DNA of 64,000 nt, from contig OZ024742.1 in the NCBI GenBank assembly GCA_964016885.1, positions 361,770,001 through 361,834,000 of the forward strand. The letters run 5' to 3'. Each line of letters opens with the position of its first letter. The first letter of the stretch is position 1. Made by a program: the position numbers and the translations under genes. Under the pieces are notes generated by a model. That model did not search any database, was not told where the DNA came from, and saw only the letters and a program-made list of their open reading frames with translations. The stretch comes from Eledone cirrhosa (Eukaryota). Positions 56,830 to 64,000 of this stretch are shown piece after piece.

Positions 56830-57290
56830 AAAACGGCCAATCCCTCATCAACTTCTTCAAGTTTCACCTGGAAAGAAAGGTGAGGGTGGAGAGGGAAGTG
56901 CTGTCCCCCAGTACATTTGCTAAAAGGTGGATGAATGTGGCGAGAATGGCCCGTGTGAATGGGCCTACTTTGACCATCAGCCTATAGGCTAGCTAATTTG
57001 AGGAGTAGAGGGATATTCTCCCCAGGTGCCCTAGAAGCGTAGGGTGGTTCAGGATTGATGGGGTACCTTAGTCACTCCTGAGTCGTCCACCCCCTAGAGG
57101 GGAATTTATTTTATTATATTTATGCATAGTTTCTTTTATATTTTTATATCTTCATTGTTAAATTAGTCTCGCCATTGTACACTTTTACTCGACCTTAATT
57201 GTAACCCCCCCCGCTGTCTGTGTCTTTATATTGTACCCTACATGTTGGCCCTTGTGGCCAATAAATGATATCCTTATTATTAATATTATT
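56830..57290 (+). mobile_element. Tx1/L1-like LINE 3' end
   Basis: FFKFHLERKVRVEREVLSPSTFAKRWMNVARMARVNG, then a UTR with AATAAA and a (TAT)n tail. Confidence 0.6.
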
Positions 57291-57491
57291 ATTGGGGAAT
57301 TTTTCATTGTTTCTTTTTTGTCATATCCGCTGTTTCTTTTTTTACATGCAAACATGCTCATTTCTACCGTCCTGTATTGTCCTAGGGGTTCCCCCAAAAA
57401 ACCCGACCAACCATGGAGGTCGAACCACCCGACCTTCGGAAGACCTCGGGAGGTAAGTAAACCTTCCCTCTCTCTCTTTTAGCTTGCCAAC

Positions 57492-59025
57492 ATGGCCATA
57501 TTAAGAGTAGGAAGTTTAAATGTTCGCGGCCTGGGGTCACCCTGGAAGCAGGGTCGCCTGATCAACGACCTAGGGTCTCTGGAAATGGATGTGATTGCCG
57601 TCAGCAAGACCAGGATTTCCGACACGCGCGCACTAGCCCCCATTTTCAACGACTATCAGATCTTCGTATCTGTTAGCAGGCCGGGAATGGAAGGTGGGGT
57701 GGCAGTGCTGTTTAGGAAAGGTCTGGATCTCGAGGTAAGGTCGATATTCCGGGTCTCAGACGGTAAGTTGGTGGTCCAGGATGTGAGCAGTAGCGAAGGT
57801 GGTGCCTTTAGACTGCTGGCCTTCTACGCCCCTACTGGGGCCGGACGACCGAACTTCTTTAGGCGATTGAAAACCTTTCTGGGTACGTCTCGCCCTCTAC
57901 TGTTACCGGGGGACTGGAACAGCATCTTAGACGCAAGCTGGGATTGTGTGGGAGTAGCTGATAGGAGCGGGGTGGGGGTGGGGGTGCAACAGCCCGAAAC
58001 ACCTAATCAGCCAGTTCAGTTCCAAGTGTCTGACAGGTATCGACTGACAGGTATCGACAATGTGCCAGTGTGGACGTGGACCAACCGCATAGGATCATCT
58101 AGATCGTATATAGACAGGATCTTCATTAGGAAAATAAATAGAAATAGTGTAGGCTGCCCAATTTTTAAAACGGTCGCCTATTCAGATCACAAATTTGTGA
58201 TCTGTTTAGTCGACCTAGATAAAACGGGTAGGTTGGGACAGGGTTACTGGAAGCTGAACATGCCATTTCCGGCACGTAAGGTTTACAGGGACCGAGTCAA
58301 CAATTTAGTTAAGCAAAAGTTGACAGGGGGTATCATCAACAACAGATGGTGGGGGGCTTTCAAAAGAGAGATTAGAGTAACTTCGATAGAGTTCAGCAAA
58401 GCACTAGCGTTAGAGAAATAGAGAAAGGAGGAGGAACTGGTACATAAGTTAGACGAGGCTATTTGTAGTGGCATTGCAACTGACGTGTTAACGGCGAGAA
58501 TGGCATTAGACCATTTCTTCAATGTGAAACACGAAGGTTGCATTGTCAAAGCTACGGCGCCTGCGCTGAGAAACGAGGGAACCAAAGCTGTTCGATGGGC
58601 CCGCGTGGCGGAGGCGCAGCGTGGTAATAAAACTACAAATAGGTCTTTGGCGGACCGAGACGGACACGAGATAAGCGATTCCAAGCGGATGTGTGAGGCC
58701 TTTCGCCAGCACTTTGCTCGGTTGTTCGAGGAGAGTGGCGAGTCAGAGAGAGTAGCGGATTTCAGTCCCTACCTTGACGGCTTGCTGCGCATCTCGACGG
58801 TCGACGCTGAGCGCTGCGAAAGGCCGATTACTTCAGCCGAAATTCAGGACGCCCTTGTCGGCTGCATGAGGCGCAAGTCACCCGGTTTGGATGGCCTGCC
58901 CTACGAACTTTACGTAAATATGCCAGACTTGTTCTCCTATCTACTCGAAGCACTCTACTGCAACTGGCAACCGAATGGGAGTATTCCCAGTTCTGTGAGC
59001 AGGGGAGTGGTGACGCTGATAAGAA
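57492..59025 (+). pseudogene. Tx1/L1-clade LINE ORF2 (APE endonuclease to start of RT), 3'-truncated
   Basis: SLNVRGL, GDWN, WTW..SRSYIDRIF, SDH, GYWKLN, KSPGLDGLPYELY; stop at 58419-58421. Confidence 0.88.
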
Positions 59026-59029
59026 TGGT

Positions 59030-59470
59030 GACGTCATTGATGAAGAATGAAAGAGGGGCGGGGAGGATAGGACGAAGTAAAAGATGCAAATGAAAGTGAA
59101 AGAGTAAAAGATGAAGGGAGAGAAAATGATGTCAAAGAAGTAAAAGAGGAAAATGAAAAAGAGAAAAATGTTGACGAAAAAGAAAACAAAAGACAAAGAA
59201 ATAAAGAAAATGACAAGAAAAAAAAAAGAAACGGGCTAAAGAAAATGACAAGAAAAAAAAAAGAAACGGGCTAAAGAAAATGACAAGAAAAAAAAAAGAA
59301 ACGGGCTAAAGAAAAAGTAATGGAAGAAAAGGAAGAAAAGATTCAGAAGAAAAAAAAAGGAGATTAAAGAAAAAATTGAAGAAAAAGATGCGGAAGAGGA
59401 GAAAAAATCTAAAGTGCAAGAAAAAAATGCGGAAGAAAGGAAGAAAAAGAAAAGAAAAGACAATAATGAG
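59030..59470. repeat. Purine-rich low complexity with a ~35-bp unit x3
   Basis: aaagaaaatgacaagaaaaaaaaaagaaacgggct repeated at about 59203-59310. Confidence 0.85.
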
Positions 59471-59575
59471 AAGGGGGCGATGTTCAATTCAGGGACAACC
59501 ATGTCTCTAGAAATAGTCTATCTGTTTAAATAGCGGAACTGGTTGACATTTAACAAACAACAGCTTATAAAATAT

Positions 59576-59626
<51 letters not shown>

Positions 59627-60075
59627 TTTCTTCTTTCTTTCTTTCTTTCTTTCGTTCTTTCTTTCTACTGTTATATTACGTTCCTGTCTCTCTGTCAAGA
59701 CAGATCATGGTGTGGAAATCCTGTTTATTGTTCTCGTTATTCAGTTTAATCAGACTCTGCTGTAAAGCGGAAGGTAATGAGCGGATGTTTTTAGTAATGG
59801 CCAACTTACAAGTTCAATGTTCCGGTTATTTGACTACAGAAAGACACACACATACACACAAACACACATATACGCACACATGCACACACACACGCAGGCA
59901 CACAAACACACAGATACAAACATAGACACACACAATAAACAAACAACAGAAACGAAACAACAGCAATAACTACACCCACCCCCACCAAAATAGTATTGAA
60001 GGAATTCAATATGTCGGTTTCGATTTTAGCTAACCGTGTTTAATTTAGTTGAAATATAATTTTTCAGATGTGATG

Positions 60076-60137
<62 letters not shown>

Positions 60138-60234
60138 GGTAGAACACTGGAAAGTAATATCCGTAGTGGTAGAGCACTCAGTCCATGGGACGAGTTAGGT
60201 AGAAGTGGTTACACAACAGTTAGTTCACCATACC

Positions 60235-60270
60235 GAGAACAATTGTTTCACATTAGCGGATCCTCAGCTG
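60235..60270 (-). ncRNA. Minimal HHR, partly decayed copy of the 48016 family
   Basis: Minus strand: cag-CTGAGGA-tccgctaatgt-GAAA-C-aatt-GTT-ctc. Confidence 0.55.
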
Positions 60271-60952
60271 TCCTCTGTAGCCTCAGTACCCCCACTCCCA
60301 TAATTTTAAGACAGAAATGGTCGATTACGCCTTATTTTTAGCAGATGTAATTTCTTTTTTGTTACTACTACAATTCTACTATTTATAAATTTCTTATTTA
60401 GTATTTTTTTTTTTTCTCAACTTATTAACCTGTAATTGTAAGATAGCATTGGCTGATTACGTTTACTAACTATGTATAGCAGCTGTGTTAGACCCCCTGT
60501 AAAGCCTGCTTTAAATTTTTTCACTACCAACTACAATCTCTTATTTAGTATTTTCCCATTCTCTACCTATTAAACTTTTCTATAGCTTAGCAATACCTAA
60601 TTATAGCAGCTGTTTCTAGACTTTTTTTTTATTCATTTCTCACTATCAAAACTTTTTTTTATATATCTATTATTTTATTTTTTAAATTTTTATTTTACTC
60701 CCTTTCGACTTACCTATTCTTTCAACTCCCCTCCTCCTTTTCTCCAGTACAATTTTTCGACTTTTTATACACTATCCTTAGAATCCGCTGTATAGATTTC
60801 ACTTTCAACGCCTGACTGGATTTCTTCATTCCCTCTTTGTTCTACCGGCAAGTTCAGCCACCCTACCTCCCACCAAATACCATGATAGATTTATTTGTCT
60901 TTATAACAAATTTTAACCAATCCTCTTGACAATTACTATCTTCCCATATAAT

Positions 60953-61059
60953 GAAGTACCCCTTGATAAGTTTGGCTATTTATTTACGAGCTAAAAATTC
61001 TTACTTAGTGTAGAAATAGCCGTCGAAACGGCTTGAGCTCTGCCGTCGGGGTCATACTT
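60953..61059 (+). ncRNA. Type I HHR (U3:A8) at the end of a pLTR-like region
   Basis: aagtacccc-TTGATAA-g..ggctattt...aaatagccgtc-GAAA-C-ggc/ttgagctct/gcc-GTC-ggggtcatactt. Confidence 0.75.
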
Positions 61060-61177
61060 GTTCCTATATATACATATAGGGAGTGTAACGCGCAGTTCCT
61101 GTAGGTTCACCCAGATGAGCACTGAATGTTTAGGTTCACGTCAGTATCGAGGTGTAGAGCTAGACAGAGTGTAATAT

Positions 61178-61370
61178 AATAATTGTTTCTACTTTTGGCA
61201 CAAGGCCAGAAATTATCCAGTGCATTACTGGTACTTTATTTTATCGACCCCGTAAGGTTGAAAGGCAAAGTTAACCTCGGCGGGATTTGAACTCAGAATG
61301 GCAAGGGTCGTAACTCTATGCGTTAAAGCATGGCGTCCGACCGTCTACCGATACTGCCACTCCACCGCCC
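61178..61370 (-). mobile_element. Nin/Deu-domain-like SINE, near full-length
   Basis: Reverse complement of the 124-243 family plus a tRNA-like head. Confidence 0.75.
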
Positions 61371-61429
61371 TAGCGTGTAATATAATAATACAAGGACAAA
61401 TGGTTACTCCTTCATTACGTTTATTGGTT

Positions 61430-61524
61430 GGTGACGCGCGTTTCGCTACTGATCAGCTGAAGGTTCGATCTGTATCGATCTGTATCGATCTGGCCCGACT
61501 CTGGAATCAAAAGCTCGTCTGACC
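61430..61524 (-). ncRNA. Type I HHR with U4A core in a solo pLTR-like region (about 61380-61930)
   Basis: Minus strand: ggt-CAGACGA-gct..tgat...atca..agc-GAAA-C-gcgc-GTC-acc, followed by AATAAA. Confidence 0.65.
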
Positions 61525-62129
61525 TCTGTAGTAGTATTGACAGAATGAATATACATGGCATATAAAAAGTCTAACGTTCATATGTTGATCAGTTTATGTT
61601 GTTTTGATTGGTGGGTTAATTCTGAGGAATGTTTTGGCCTGTAAGATAGAGGGTGGAGGAGATAGGGATGAGTTAGTGGTGAGGAGTAAATGTTGATTCG
61701 AGTAACGGGGTGTGGTGTTTTGGCTAGCCCTAGATGTGTCGGCGTGTACTTGGTGTGGCTGAGGTGCTGTGTGTGGTTATGTTGGTGGTGCTGTGCATGA
61801 AAGTCTGCAGTGTTTTACTATTAGGTAGTGGCTAGGATGTGTTGTTTAGACTTTGTTAAAGGGGATATGCGCTATAAGGTGGTAATGAGGTGATGGAAGT
61901 GGTATGAGGTTAGTGTATGAACACATATATAAAATATATATATATACAAACGAGGAAAGTTGCTTTTGTGAAGACTGTAGAAAGTAAAGAAGGCTATTAA
62001 GAAAACTTATAAAAAACATGTTGTGTAAGAGAGTATAAAAAAGGAAAATAAATAAATAAGTAAACCTGTGTGCACACTCACCAAGGGACACTGGTCTGTG
62101 CTTGCAGATCCACACGAACATGGATGTAA

Positions 62130-62241
<112 letters not shown>

Positions 62242-62254
62242 TTAGTTATGTAAT

Positions 62255-63430
62255 AAATAACATGCAGTTCTCTGGCTACAACCAAAGAGACAGAGTCAGA
62301 GTATACGAAGGAGCCATGGAGAAGTATAAGACCCTCATAGAACTGGACATGAAAGGAATTTGCCCATTATATAGGAGCAAATCATGGAATAGCTTAGATA
62401 TGGCTAGACATAAGATAGGTAAAGCCACCTCATGGTACGACAACCAGAGATACCAGAGTGTCATGTTTGTGGACGCTACCCCTGAAGAGAAATTAGCTAA
62501 CCAGTGTAGAAAGGCCCTGAGAAAGACCCACTTAAAGATTAAGGTGGTAGAAAAGCAAGGAACCACCATAAAATCCCTGATCAGCAAAACCTACTCTTTT
62601 AAGAAAACCCACTGTACTAATAGGAAATGTATCATATGTAAGGTAAACCCCCGGATAAACTGTAAAACTAGAAACGTAGTCTATAGCATAAGATGTACAG
62701 AGGGTACTTGCAGAAACATGACAACAACATACATAGGCGAGACAGCTCGTAGCATAGGTGAAAGGATAGACCAACACTGGGGGGAACTAAAAGGACGAAA
62801 AAATGGGTCAGTACTATACGAACATGCCAGGCAACAACACGACGGTAACATAGACAACATAGAAATTAGAATAATATCTAAACATAGAAATGACCCAACA
62901 GAGAGGTAAATGAGAGAGGCCAGCGAAATAGAACTTAGAAGGCCAAGACTAAACAGAAAGAATGAATGGAATAACAACAACACCCAAACAAACAACGCTG
63001 ACCTAAGAGAAGTATAAATAAATAAATAAATAAATACATAGATAAATAAATAAATAATTACATACACAAGCACAATAACAACAAACGCATATAAACACAC
63101 ACTAGAGAAGATAGAATACATTAACCGATACACAGTCACCCAATCACGAACACACATCAAACAAAACACTATACACACACGCAAACACATGCGCAAAGAA
63201 GACAAAATAAAATAAACAAACAAACAAATAAATAAATAAATATATAGACAGACTAAATAAAAATGGCGTAGACATACAATGTAACGGGAGGAAACAATAG
63301 CACCACTGACGATGTTGCAGATGTGCAACGAAAGAACTTTGATAAACTATATATATGTGTTTGTCTCTATATTGTATCTGTATTATTTTTGACCGTTGGT
63401 CAGTCAATGGCAACATTGAGGACCGAATAA
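62255..63430 (+). mobile_element. 5'-truncated PLE of a third lineage (Cys linker plus GIY-YIG)
   Basis: ORF 62262-62909: CTNRKCIIC, NVVYSIRC..TYIGETARSIGERIDQH; HHR-like CTGACGA-tgttgca/gatg/tgcaac-GAAA at 63306-63333. Confidence 0.85.
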
Positions 63431-63546
63431 ATTAGATTACCGATATAAAAGACACAGAAGCGAAAAGCGAAAACCAACCAAACAGTGAGTGTGTTCTGTT
63501 ATTAATTCTGGCAATACTATTACACAAATATGACCCTCCCCAAGTA

Positions 63547-63589
<43 letters not shown>

Positions 63590-64000
63590 CCATATATGCC
63601 TCACCCCACATAAGCACGTGGGAGGTAAACGGAGTCAGATGGGCGTGCCTTGTTATATGCGTCTGCTCGTGGCAGGGGATATGGTATTTTCATGCGGTCA
63701 TCCACGACACCCGCAGTGAACCCACGATCTCACGCACGCGTCGTACGAGTTATATGTATTTTCGGACTCATCGGCCCATGCACGTATCGCACATATGCCT
63801 GGGTCCCCGCATGTACACACGCCAACGAGATAAGGGTGCTCACATTCTGGGGATCCATACAAACACATATGGACATACATATATACACACTCACTTACCT
63901 TTACACACGCCTATATACACATCCATACATAAACTTACATACATACATGCGTATACACATGCGTGCGCATACACGAGACATGCGCTTGTGTACGCGCATC

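Noticed and set aside
63670-63782. Minus-strand CCGATGA...GAAA HHR candidate
   Set aside because: Stem III register is off by one and stem II is ambiguous

Overview
AT-rich, microsatellite-saturated eukaryotic DNA made almost entirely of transposable elements. It is probably an invertebrate; the SINE set and repeat style suggest a cephalopod such as Octopus (inference). No host protein-coding gene could be supported. The window holds six Penelope-like retroelement (PLE) copies with RT and/or GIY-YIG coding sequence, a near-complete Helitron, a long decayed CR1-clade LINE, Tx1/L1 and RTE fragments, a non-coding LTR element and many SINEs. The main signal is about 30 type I hammerhead ribozyme (HHR) motifs, intact, variant or decayed, which I folded by hand. 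They lie in PLE pseudo-LTRs, in fold-back hairpins embedded in (TA)n, and in a roughly 300-bp tandem retrozyme-like family. That family covaries in all three stems and at the tertiary 3:8 core pair (C-G versus U-A). Several fold-back axes fall on or beside ribozyme helices. Activity, novelty and family names are untested.
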